A DNA stretch of 20,000 bases from NCBI RefSeq assembly GCF_001186125.1, contig NW_014040109.1, forward strand, positions 51,876 through 71,875, read 5' to 3'. Both the position numbers and the translations under genes were made by a program. The stretch is from Sphaeroforma arctica JP610. Lineage: Eukaryota. The notes beneath the pieces were generated by a model that worked only from the letters and a program-made list of their open reading frames with translations, made no database searches and was not told where the DNA came from. Below, piece after piece: positions 9,134 to 20,000 of the stretch. How positions within the stretch are numbered: position 1 is the stretch's first letter; the number at the start of each line of letters is the position of its first letter.

Positions 9134-11244
9134 CTACAATGCTATAGCAAACACCATTATAGGGACAAGATATGCAAACACATATGACCCCAGTGCTGGG
9201 GATCCCGATATAGCATTCGCCACAACATCGCCGGTTGGCGGTTGATCGTCGGCCGGTAGTTTATCAGTTCTGCTCTTATATTGCGGCCTATGGAACAGAA
9301 TAGATTCAGTTTTAAGTAGTTGTTAATATATATATTGTGTGAACCAAGGTGTACTGTCGCACATGAATCGATTTTGTTTGGTGCAAAAGCTGATACACAT
9401 AGTCAGTACATCTTTGTATCAACAAACTCTAAAAACAGCAAGGGAAATCCATATTTTATACTTTCCAGGTGTGAGCTTCTTGTGTGTTTCCCGATTGCTG
9501 TGAGTCCTGTTGGGTGAGACCGCAATCTAAACACACCACATCGCCAAAGTGTTTATATTCTCCAATAGCGTGGTCGGGAAATGGCAGTGTGTAGATCATA
9601 GTATTGGCTGGCGGTAGACTGGTGACCCCGTCCCCTTGGTTCATAACCCTAATCTGAATGCACATGTATCCCAATTGTGTGGTCGTGTGGATTGCAGTGG
9701 ATATAGTAAGAACAACGCTTGTCGTAATTGTCGATGTGATTCGGCTTAGACAGTCGCTATTGGGTACCTAAATACACTTGACTACAAATCACTCGCAAGT
9801 TGATGTGAGAGAGTGAGCGGCAAACCTACACGAACAGACGAAGTCCCCAACGGACCACAGAAAGCGGTTCTTATTTCGTTCTAAGAACAATCGATGAAGG
9901 ATCAGAGCACTGGAGTACCTGAGAAAAGCGCTGGTGATAGAGTGTTGCATAGTCCCCTTCCAATACTCTGGGACATCCCCACGTGGTCAATTCCGTCACG
10001 GCACTCCCATGCAGAACGTAATGGCGAACAGCCCCCAGCACTGCGCAGCAAATCATACGAGATATACTGAGTTGAATCTTGCGTGTGATCTTGGCGGAAT
10101 GTCATGGCTAAGTGGGGAAGGCCTATGAAACAGGGTATGGCCAGCATTCATTTTGGTTTGCGTGGTTTACATTTCGCAAGTATGTCGTGCTATAACTGCT
10201 GAAATTCAGGTGTATGAGATTACATGCGTGGAAGAAAGTGTGCGCATCGTAGGGTGTAGGTTGCAAGCTTACAATAAGTACAAGAAACTATGGGACTACC
10301 TGCTAGCCCGCCTCCCCGAGAAAACCCCGCAAAGCTAATCTTCCGATCCTGTGTAAAACGTTTTACGCTTTCAAAGAGTGATTGAAATTTCACACACAAA
10401 TTAAAAAAATTGTGCCTCACCTCTCACCAGGCTCACACCCACAGAATTGTATTATAGAGCATAGCCTTCTGAAATCAAACATATAGAGGCACTAAAGGAG
10501 GACAAGCAGCAAGACGAAATTCGCAAGCAACTCGAAAGTCTATCAAAATTGCGTTTACCAATGAACCACATTGCTTCAATATTGTTTGATCTACAAACTC
10601 TTCCAGTGCTACGAATGCATCAGCAAAGCCGTGATGGGCTATTCCTAAATAGCGCTTGTCCACGGCAGTGTACACTTTCTTAAGAGAGTAGTCCAAGTTG
10701 CCGCCACCGAGAAAGTAGTCACCTGGCCCATCGCTTCCTCGGAAGAATACATGACAGTCTGTAGACGGATTTATCAATGCCAGTAGTGACATCATTATAG
10801 CTTAAACCATCGCGAGACCACTAAGTATCTCTCTGAAACCGAGAGAAGCATAATACGAGATTTGGTAGGGAGTAGGACTGTAAAAGTACACATAAAATAA
10901 CTTATATCAGGCTGAATACCTTATTAAAGGTTATATACATTGAGCAGGCCACGTGCAAATGATATGAAAACTCGCCAAAGGTTGATCTCATAAATTAAAC
11001 CAATGGATCAAAATAATCGATCAGATTAATAACCAATCAAGTATGAGCATTCAATTCGTCGGACACCTTCATCTTTGCTGATTACAGCCCATTCGTCCTT
11101 TCCCAGAGTGTCTGTCCACGAGTTGTTTGATTCCACCGATGAGTAGAGGTTGGTTATATACACAAGCCTTTTGTTGTCGGACAGGTTGAGGGCATTTGCC
11201 GCCAAACCGCTTATAACCAGATATGGTATCGATAGAGCACGCAT
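9134..11244 (-). CDS. Secreted class 3 lipase-like alpha/beta hydrolase with a C-terminal GPI-signal or TM tail, 296 aa; exons 11244-11067, 10758-10559, 10348-10300, 10040-9919, 9653-9466, 9287-9134 (last intron modelled as GA-AG)
   Basis: Signal-peptide-like MRALSIPYLVISGLAANA, then Lipase_3 motifs in the correct order across phase-compatible exons: HVFFRGS, AHHGFADAF, nucleophile elbow AGFSRGGGLA, TTWGCPRV, IRVMNQGDGVTSLPP (catalytic Asp), YKHFG, EAHTWPQY (catalytic His), and tail SGSPALGSYVFAYLVPIMVFAIAL*. The first four introns are GT-AG. The 3' end is less certain than the core. Confidence 0.85.
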
Positions 11245-11944
11245 TTTTCAATCGACGACTGATGTTAGTGTATGTATGAGTTGTGACCAAGAATTATAGT
11301 GTATATCTGCGCGCTAAGATTGAGAATAGTATTCTTGAGCGTAGCTGTGTATACTAGAGCTGGATAGTTGTTTGTTTTATAGTTTGATATTCAAGGTGCA
11401 TGATTTTGCTGCAAGCTAATTTGGGTGTTTGTTGGGAATAAATTGTATGTAGATTGGCTGGCCGTTGTACACAAGCTTTGAGTCGGGCGCCCATCTGGAA
11501 CCCTTCAAAATTGAATCTTAAAAAGAGATAAATTGCAGCCACACTTTTATATGCAGATTCTTGTGAAGGTCCCATATTCAAAAGGACGTATACCAACCTT
11601 CCCTTTTGGAAGCCAAGGTTAGACGCGCACTCAGCCACACTTTAAGAGGCTATTTGTGGAAGCCAACTTACTCTCACACTAGTTCAGAGAATTGACGGTA
11701 GCAGTAGAAGTTTCTTAAAAATCACTTGTTGGAAGTTACGAGCTACCGCTCGCACCGACAATTTTTCAATGATTAATCCCGTATTTCCTAAATTATTTAA
11801 GTGCCCCAACACCGGCACAGAAAAGCTATTTTTTTTTCACTCGATGTTGAAGGCGTCGTTGTATATAACTCGAACGTAAACTTCGAATGGAACGCCCTTG
11901 GCCGTAACGAGACTACGATTGCTTCTCACTGCCCATCCAACGTG

Positions 11945-13486
11945 CTACGGTTCTAGCACATAGGTCTGTTCTGCTTCGGTCTCGTCAATCATACGCTGCA
12001 CGACTGTATCAGAACAAAAAGACTGAAGTGAGTACAAGAAGTAAATCAAAATCTGTCAAATAGGTAAATTCCTCATTATATTAGGGCTTACGAAAAGAAA
12101 CGCTATAAAGAAAAAACACAACATACCACCGTGGTCATCAGAGACCAATATATTTGCTTTCCAGCACCCAGGTACAGCAAGACCTATCTTTTTGTTGCGC
12201 TCGTACTGTATCCTTATTTCAGCCTCATTTCCTCTAAATCCTTTATAGAGTTGTAAATTCTGTCTACCAATGAGCGGCATGGTTTTCATCCGCAATTCGT
12301 TTGCTGTCTGTAGTAAAAGTTGTTGGTATTTATTAGTGCCCTAATATTTCGGACATGGTCTCGAAAAGTGTCGTGCTGAATATTGAAAAATAGTAGGATG
12401 AGCACGAGAGGCTGTCCAACAGCAATTCAATGCTCGAGAAATAAGGGTAGCGTTGTGCTGAAACATGATGCTGACATCATTAACACGAATAATGCTAATT
12501 TGTTACCTACCCACTGCGGTAAGAGATTCGTTCTGATCTCTCCAAACCTGCCAATGCCATATGTTTCTAGACCTTTGTATAGTAGTGCTTTCTTCGATTC
12601 ATCCCAAACCCTCTCCTCAGTCTCTGTCACTTCAAATTCAAAGTATTTCTTATTGAAGTCTCCATTGGCAAAACACATGCTTTCCACCGCCTATTGAGAA
12701 TAAAATTTATATGGTCCTTTAGGGTAGAGTATTTGCACACTACTCTATGTCGCGCAGAACAGTGATGTTCTCGGCATACTATGCAGTTGCTGAGAGGAAT
12801 ATACGCAATCCAGAAGCAGAGGTTAAGATCGAACTGTGCAGAGTTTGGGGGGCAGTTGTCAGCCGTATGAAAGCGGTGATGAACGGCATGCTAGCTATTT
12901 AAAGATATTCTTCTATTCGCAGGACCAGCCCAGTAGCTGCTGATCTCACTACCAAGGTGTACCAGGAAAGGTTCTGGAAGAACATTGAGAGACAACATGA
13001 GATAGCTTGCACCCTCACAAAGTTACCTTTTCGGAAGTGTTTTCTTCTTTCTGATCGGTGCTTTGTGGTTTTCTTCTGTGACACATATGAATGCGCATAC
13101 ATTTCACCCATAGTTGTCTGTCTGACAGTGTCCACTTTCTATGGTTTGCAGGCAGTAGCGCCACTTGATTTAGTATCTCCTGTGCAGTCGGGAACGCAAA
13201 TGGGCGACAAAGTATACACGTACATGAATGGATACAATAATATGTATATATATATATATAAATATCCTCCAGCACGCTTGACACGCGGAACCTAAAAAAA
13301 AGTGTTTTAAAATCTAAGAAGGATGGTAGAGGTGGAGGAGGGGCACCCTTAAAAAAATTGTATATATATATAGTACATATACATATATATGTGTGTGTGT
13401 GCNNNNNNNNNNNNNNNNNNNNATATATATATATCTATATATACCTCCGTGTGTGTGTGTGCCTGTGTGTGTGTGTATAAATATAT

Positions 13487-13522
<36 letters not shown>

Positions 13523-13534
13523 CTATATATATAC

Positions 13535-13619
<85 letters not shown>

Positions 13620-13622
13620 TAC

Positions 13623-13708
<86 letters not shown>

Positions 13709-14108
13709 ATATATAAATATATATATATATATATATTATGTACGAATAGACGCAACACGAAGGTTTTGTGATTTAATTTATTAGGAGTATACAAGAATTT
13801 CATACAATTCCACTATGAAATACACGTCTGCTAATTAGACACATATACATCAAATACAATTTCGTTCTTATATATTTTCTGCATCATGTTTATCAATACA
13901 ACAGTACAACACTTAAAATATGCGATTCCCTCTTTAAGCACTATATAATATATGCTTTTCCGAGGAAGCGTTGTTGCATTCCTTTGTTGTGACAAACGTA
14001 ATCCTGTACCACCGAGTTGTGTGCGATTTGTATACACACCTCGCCCATGGTTTCCAGGGTTGTATTGTTGCTATCTGCGTCATCCGCAGAATTTTCTTCC
14101 AAAACCAT
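11945..14108 (-). CDS. AMTP2: Myb/SANT/homeodomain-like protein, putative p2 subunit of the AMT1 (MTA1c) DNA N6-adenine methyltransferase complex, about 213 aa; exons 14108-14040, 13179-13027, 12690-12511, 12307-12127, 12003-11945
   Basis: Four GT-AG introns with compatible phases give a 642-nt ORF. The product contains [114 protein letters not shown], matching the remembered p2 pattern of ciliates and early-diverging fungi. The gene structure is well supported; orthology and the first exon are less certain. Confidence 0.75.
13360..13738. repeat. Long compound (TA)n/(TG)n microsatellite containing a 20-N assembly gap (13403-13422), in intron 1 of the p2-like gene
   Basis: Read directly; it accounts for the spurious IYIY/CVCV ORFs in the track. 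Confidence 0.97.
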
Positions 14109-14890
14109 GATCCCGATGACCACTTTACCAGTCTTTGTGTGCGTGATCGTATGTATTATATTAAATCCTCTACAGTATTATAGTATGACACTGTTTCTGT
14201 GCTTGACCGTATGAAAAATCAATATAAATCACTATAGTATTATATATGTCTATATTTGTGTGCGCGAACGTGTGCAATAAATTAATCCCTAAAGTATAAC
14301 AGCATGAGGATTTGCTTAATAGCGTATTTACATCTCTGACTTCAGAACGATGGCATATGCGAATGCATCCTTTACATACAGAATCATATGTGTTCTAGAG
14401 AGATTAGATCAATAGATTTCGAAGTACATATTTTATTAGAACGACAAATACATTTTGCTCTATTAAAAAGCGCGCCAAAAAGCTCTGGAATGTCCGCCAA
14501 ATCAATAATTGCAGTTCGGTATAGGCGTATCCCTTGGTTTTCAGATGTGGACGAACAAGCTCGCGTTTAATTATAGATCCTTGGCTTTTGTCGATAAGTC
14601 ACCAAATACTGCTGCAGAGCCACCATGACGCAACAAAAATATGCATAGCAAACCATGACCAGGAGGTTATGCGCATCCAGTGTGTATGATATATTGAATA
14701 TTCGTGCAATTGATTCTAGCATTCGCCTCTACTTGATAGCATCCCGGTCGCTTGAATTGCGTAGGATTCGTTGCGGAGAATAATCTTCATGTATTTCGTC
14801 TCAACCTGAATAAAGAGCTTGGCAGAAGTGAATTGCAACAAGCAGCGTACACCGTATAATAATACCCAACCTCACACACATTCCGTACAA
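14109..14890. promoter_or_regulatory. Divergent (head-to-head) promoter region between the p2-like gene and ERGIC3
   Basis: 782 bp separate the inferred minus-strand ATG (14108) from the plus-strand ATG (14891). The call is positional only; no motif was identified. Confidence 0.5.
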
Positions 14891-17800
14891 ATGTCGCTCA
14901 CAACACTGAAAAGGAGGGTGGGAAGAGGACTATCCAACAGTGGGCTGTCTAATAGCAAGACGGCACTGAAGAGTTTTGATGCATATCCCAAAACAATCGA
15001 TGACTTTGCCGTCAAGACATCCGCCGGTGGGCTGAGTATGTCTGTGCATTGCCTTTTTGTGTGTCTACGATTTCCCCGTGCATTCAATTGATTTCCCCGT
15101 GCATAATTGAATGTTCCTTTCGATCTTTCATCCAAAGAGTATTATTCAACTATTGCGCGGGGTCCTACTGTTCTGCAGTGTCTAATTCAATAAGCATCTA
15201 GTGAACGTATATGGTCTATAGACGCTACTCACAGCATTTGTTGCATCTTGCGCACGGTCCAACCCTCATTCAATTTCTTCTACATGCAAGAATTCTTATT
15301 GAGGTGCTGCATTATATGGTATTATTTGGTTCGTGTACGTACTTAATACCATTCACCACTCGCGTATTCCCTGTTGCCTCATAATATCTTTCTCCACACT
15401 TCCTCAGTTTCTCTGTTTAGCATGGTCTGTATAGCGTTGCTGTTTCTGGGAGAGCTGAATCACTATCTAACAACAAAAGTACAAGATCGGCTCATCATCG
15501 ATACGACACTCTCGCAACGACTTAAGATTGAGCTGGATGTAACGATGCATCACCTACCCTGTTCACGTAAGTGCAACTTTATTTGACACTGAAGTGTTGT
15601 TGTAATCTCTTCCGTGGGATGTGGCATCTTTGTGCTGCGTTTACGTATTGTACACTTGTCTACTTTTGTGTTCGCCAGTAGACCAGTGTGAGATCTACAT
15701 ATGACTATCAATCCTTGAACACTGATAGTGTGAATACGCCTACTGAGGGCCCTGAACAAGCTTATAGTGTCCCGAGAACTTCTATGAGTTTACTGTGAAA
15801 TAAGCAACCAGTAAAAGCTTTATATCAAAAGGCAAAGTTAGTACCTACATCTATCTGCACTTATCTTCATCTTCCTGTACTTGTCTACATCTACCTGTAC
15901 ATAACAGAGTTGGGGGTAGACGTAATGGATGTGAGTGGTGAGTCTCAGCACGAGGTTTCAGACAATATTACCAAGCAGCGGCTGGACAAGAATGGCAATT
16001 ACATCTCTGCCGATGTGAATGATGGCGCGGGGTTATCTGTAGACGGTAAGTGAATAGTTTGCATGCACCTGTGATCAGGTGGCAAGTGAAGCATTACGTT
16101 GGTGCATGTGCAAAATATTAAGACAAATATTACACGCGTTGCCATTATGGTAGTGGGTATTGGATTCAAACCGGGAACATTCCGGCGACGATTCACTCGG
16201 AAAATGTTCTCAGACTCATTGGTTGTGTGTGACGTATGAATTTTAATGCACTTGTGTTGATATGTTAGAAGCAAGGCAGCCGCATGCTTTTGCAAATAAT
16301 GTGGATCCAAGTTCTAGTTCAAAGAGATAGTTCCCGAATAAGCAAAGTTAGGTAAACTACGAATGATATTATTCTCTCGAATAGGCAATGTTGTTTTGTT
16401 ACGAAGGAATGTATATAAAGTCAATTAGTGACAAAGTTTCGAGAACTTAATAGTGTTGGTCCGAGCTAATATTAAACCCCAAGCATCTTAACTCCGAATT
16501 GTGTGCTTCTGTGTACGTAAGGAGTCGACGATGTGATTTCTATTGCATGCAGCTGTGCTGATCGGCCGCTGTGATGATAATGTGTTATACAATAACAACA
16601 CATGAACATCCTTTCAAGCTTACCACTTTGTAGTCGATGATGTGTTCAATTTGTTTACTCGATTGATTGCGATTGGCAGGCTTACCAGAACAGGATATGC
16701 TCGACCGTGCGCTGCAACGGCGTAATCGCGGAATGCAGCACGCCAAACTCATTCTACCAGACGACTACTGTGGGTCGTGCTACGGTGCTGAGACGGAAGA
16801 GATGAAGTGCTGCAACACGTGTGATGAGGCGCAGCAGGCGATAAAAGATGCCGGGATATACGTACCAGACAACATCGAGCAGGTATATTTTACACGTCGA
16901 CATATTTACGTGACGAAAATTATTTACACACGCAGATCGATAGTATGTGGTGAGGTATGGTGTATTATTTTATAGTCTGTCTTTGGGTTGATTGCGTTCT
17001 ATGCATTGGAAACAACACACACGGTTAATAAAAACCGAGTGCGACTAAATCTATTGTTAGAGAGAACAATCAGGATGAAGCTTATTAACATTAAGGCTTC
17101 TAAGCGATGGTGTCGCACAATCTTAAGTAAGCATCAGCGAAGTGGTCATACCGGCTATGTGTATAATTTATGCTTACATTTGTGCACCATCAGTGCGTAT
17201 TGCACTCAAAAGGTCAGAGGTTTTTCAACAGGTGTGAATGATATTATACTCTTATTTTGAAAGAATGTAGTGCAAATGATCTGTTATTGTGAGTGCATAA
17301 TAATGTAGAAGTGTTTGAACGAAATATAGGATGACGTGTGTAGGAACATTCACGATATCCTATGAGTGAGACAAGAAACGATAACGAAATTTCTAATTTG
17401 TGTATATTTATGTTTTGAGTGAAAATTCGTAGCTATAAGTGATTGGTTTGGTACACATTGACAACCTCTTTTTGTGTACAACTAAACTGTGAACTTATAG
17501 AGATCTTTCAACTTATATTTTCGTAATCGCCAGTTGACAAGGAGACTTACCTTAATATCATGTTTTATGCAGTGTGTTAGAGAAGGTAAAGAAGATCATC
17601 TAGAGGCTGGCTGGGATGAAGGCTGTAGAGTTCGCGGGTACGTCGAGGTGAAGAAGGTTGCAGGGAACATTCATATAGCGCCCGGTATGAAAACTTTCGT
17701 GCGGTTCGCAGACTCTGTGCTTATATACGAATAACTTACTGTTCTGTAGACAACAATGTAGATTTGCTATGCGACATCGAATGATCTCAGTACGCGCAAA

Positions 17801-19762
17801 TTCAAAAAAAATGTTTTTTAATTTGCCGCTTGTTATGCGTCTTCTCGGCATTATCGCTGTCCCGAGATTGTTTGTCTGAAGTTTCATTTTTCTCGCACAA
17901 TCATTCTACAGTACGACTTGCACAGTTGGCATAGAAAACTACTCATACTCACTAATATTTTGACTCTTGATTTCTATGCATTTGCATGCACTAGGTCACA
18001 GTGCTGAGACGGGCCGAGCCCATGTGCACGATATTCGGCGCTTCCCTGTTGAAAAATTCAACTCATCGTTTACTGTACATCGCCTACAGTTTGGCAACAG
18101 CTATCCTGGATTGATAAATCCGTTAGACGGCACCTCACGAGTCGCACAACAAGGTGCGCATGTACACTCCTGTAACGTTTGTGGCGCTTTCGTGCATAAG
18201 GTTCGAGTACCTGTATATGTGTACGAAAACCTATTGCCATGGCCAATGTGAAACAGACATACGATTGTGTTTCGTTGCTATATCATTGGTAGATAAGTAA
18301 TTACTCACTATCTCACTATTTTTGGCTATGCTGTCGTGTTTTAACTTTTTTGTTGTATTGTTGGTATTCTGTGATATCGGTCTATTTTTATTTTTTGCTG
18401 GATAGTTCTGTAATTATTCATGTTGGCTTTCTGTAATTTTGGTACGTACAGTTCGCATAGATGAGAGCTTTGGGAGTACATAAACTTGCAAACAGCTACA
18501 GAAAGTACGCGTCAATTTATTAGCAAAGGAAACTCCTGTTTCATTTCATATGCCTGATATATATATACTTACCGTTGGGTACTGAATACCTGTCATTGTC
18601 TGGTTATGCCTGTTACGCTCACATCCTCTGAAAGTATGAACACTTATGACAATTGCAATATGAAAGTTCTTCTCACATTGATTCACCGTATGTGCTATTG
18701 ATGATCCGCCATATTTATCAAACCGCCTCCTTTTTTCATTATTTCAAAGCTTAGGGTCTACTATGTTTCAGCATTTCCTGAAGATGGTACCGACAGTATA
18801 TGAAAAACTCGATGGCGAGGTATGTTATCGATCTGTGCGTTTGTTCCCTTCCTCGTCGCTTTTCATCGACCTTGTCCATTTTGTGAAAGCATCTGCTGCA
18901 AAGCCGGCAAGTAACTCAATACCTTGCTAAACAACCGCAAAGAGATATTTGGTCTACGGTCTTGATAACTTTAGTACAAGACTGTCTGTGCATGTGTGTC
19001 ATTTATTGTATTGAGATTTGAATGCACTCAGGGATATAATATCACTTTTAAACCTATCAGGAGGTGAATACAATTGGGGAGTAGCCGTCAATATTTGCGT
19101 GTATGCGGCTGCTTTGATTCCCATACATATTTTTCTACCTGCATCTCCATCATCATACAGAACATCGAAACAAATCAATTTTCTTATACTGTGCACGAGC
19201 GGGTCATTGATGTAGCCGGTGGCGATGGTGGACTACCAGGTATCTTGCTATTACGTATACTGACGATTATTGAGTGCACGTTTAGTCGAAATATTGTTTT
19301 GGAAGTTTGAGCTTGTGAGTAGGATTACATATTAAAAGACATGTTTTGGAATACGTATGTATTTGCACCACACTACCATTCTGCTACAAGGACCTACTTC
19401 GGTACAAAACAATATGCTTTTGCAATATTGGTCCGTGGGCATCCAAACGGGCTACTGTAGTTCTATTTGACATATAACTTCATACTTAGTTGCATCACCT
19501 CCTCATGGAGAAATACAGCTCAAATGCACTTGCGCCTTTTGCTCATATGGTTTCCACCGATATCATTGTAGGTGTGTTCTTCAATCTCGAGATGTCTGCG
19601 ATCAAAGTAGTGATGACTGAAGAGAGACGTAGTCTCGCTCGCTTTCTCACCAGTGTGTGCGCTATTGTTGGTGGTGTTTTTACCGTCGCGGGATTGGTGG
19701 ATGCGACGATATACAGGTCGTCCAGAGCGATTCAATCGGCTCAGAATAACAAGGCCAACTAG
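14891..19762 (+). CDS. ERGIC3: ER-Golgi intermediate compartment protein 3 (Erv46 family), 416 aa; exons 14891-15035, 15408-15566, 15908-16045, 16680-16882, 17573-17684, 17995-18153, 18755-18819, 19161-19239, 19572-19762
   Basis: Eight GT-AG introns give a 1251-nt ORF. Motifs: LKSFDAYPKT..KTSAGG plus TM1, LPCSQLGVDVMDVSGE, the ERGIC3/Erv46-specific CGSCYGAE..CCNTCDE, IEQCVREG, EGCRVRGYVEVKKVAGNIHIAPG, YPGLINPLDG, MFQHFLKMVPTVY, TNQFS, GLPGVFF, and FLTSVCAIVGGVFTVAGLVD (TM2). Confidence 0.97.
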
Positions 19763-19957
19763 AAATAAAATAAGAACAGATGTCATCATTTACTTGTATT
19801 CCGACAATTACTGTATTTCTGTCAACTTTAAAGCACCGATGTATTTACTTGTGTATATCGAAGTCACTCGGGTTTTGCGTTATATTATTTGGTAAAGTAG
19901 AAGCTACATTCGAAATATTCCTGCCGACAGCAGTCAGCTTAACGAATTGAGCTATGC

Positions 19958-20000
19958 ATATATATATATATATGTGTGTGTGTGTATGTGTGTGTGTGTG
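19958..20000. repeat. (TA)n(TG)n microsatellite running off the window edge
   Basis: Read directly. Confidence 0.9.

Noticed and set aside
9456..9458. TAA readthrough or reassignment to Tyr in the lipase (HTWKV*)
   Set aside because: It would give only a short tail ending at a TAG eight codons later and would leave the GPI-like exon unexplained. No in-frame TAA occurs in any other modelled exon.
9410..9461. All-canonical alternative for the lipase 3' end: a 35-nt intron (9461-9427), a 17-nt microexon (9426-9410) and a gtactg donor at 9409
   Set aside because: It restores frame, but it needs a 35-nt intron when all other modelled introns here are at least 123 nt, uses a GAG acceptor directly after a TAG, and breaks the H-x4-Y spacing. 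Disfavoured but not excluded.
9902..10147. 81-aa minus-strand ORF preceded by an apparent acceptor (tttcatag)
   Set aside because: It overlaps lipase exon 4 in the wrong frame; the TTWGCPRV frame carries the family motif and has phase-compatible splice sites.
10353..10366. 14-bp palindrome gtaaaacgttttac at the acceptor of lipase exon 3, and a 9-bp inverted repeat at 3739-3758
   Set aside because: Low-complexity A/T-run palindromes of this size are plausible by chance in 20 kb of AT-rich DNA.
13389..13803. ORFs rich in IY/CV/TH dipeptides (also 1143-1640)
   Set aside because: They are translations of dinucleotide microsatellites inside introns.
18154..18224. tRNA-like GGTTCGAGT motif in an ERGIC3 intron
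   Set aside because: The T-stem does not close canonically, no D-arm or anticodon arm can be built, and the flanking pairing comes from alternating purine-pyrimidine sequence.

Overview
Intron-rich eukaryotic genomic DNA, probably from a unicellular holozoan such as an ichthyosporean. That placement is an inference from an animal-like PHGDH occurring together with a 6mA-complex p2 gene that animals lack. Five genes were spliced by hand: the last two exons of MRT4 (+, 995-2015); a complete 11-exon type I PHGDH (+, 4054-8613); a 6-exon secreted, probably GPI-anchored class 3 lipase (-, 9134-11244); a 5-exon Myb/homeodomain-like protein resembling p2 (AMTP2) of the AMT1/MTA1c DNA N6-adenine methyltransferase complex (-, 11945-14108); and a complete 9-exon ERGIC3/Erv46 (+, 14891-19762). 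The most notable signals are (1) the last lipase intron, which reads through only as a non-canonical GA-AG intron and has a competing GT donor 4 nt away that would remove the membrane anchor; (2) the p2-like gene, pointing to ApT 6mA DNA methylation machinery; and (3) a structured 31-bp minisatellite and an ApT-poor heptamer array upstream of PHGDH. Family assignments come from motif recognition and remembered reference sequences; no searches were run.
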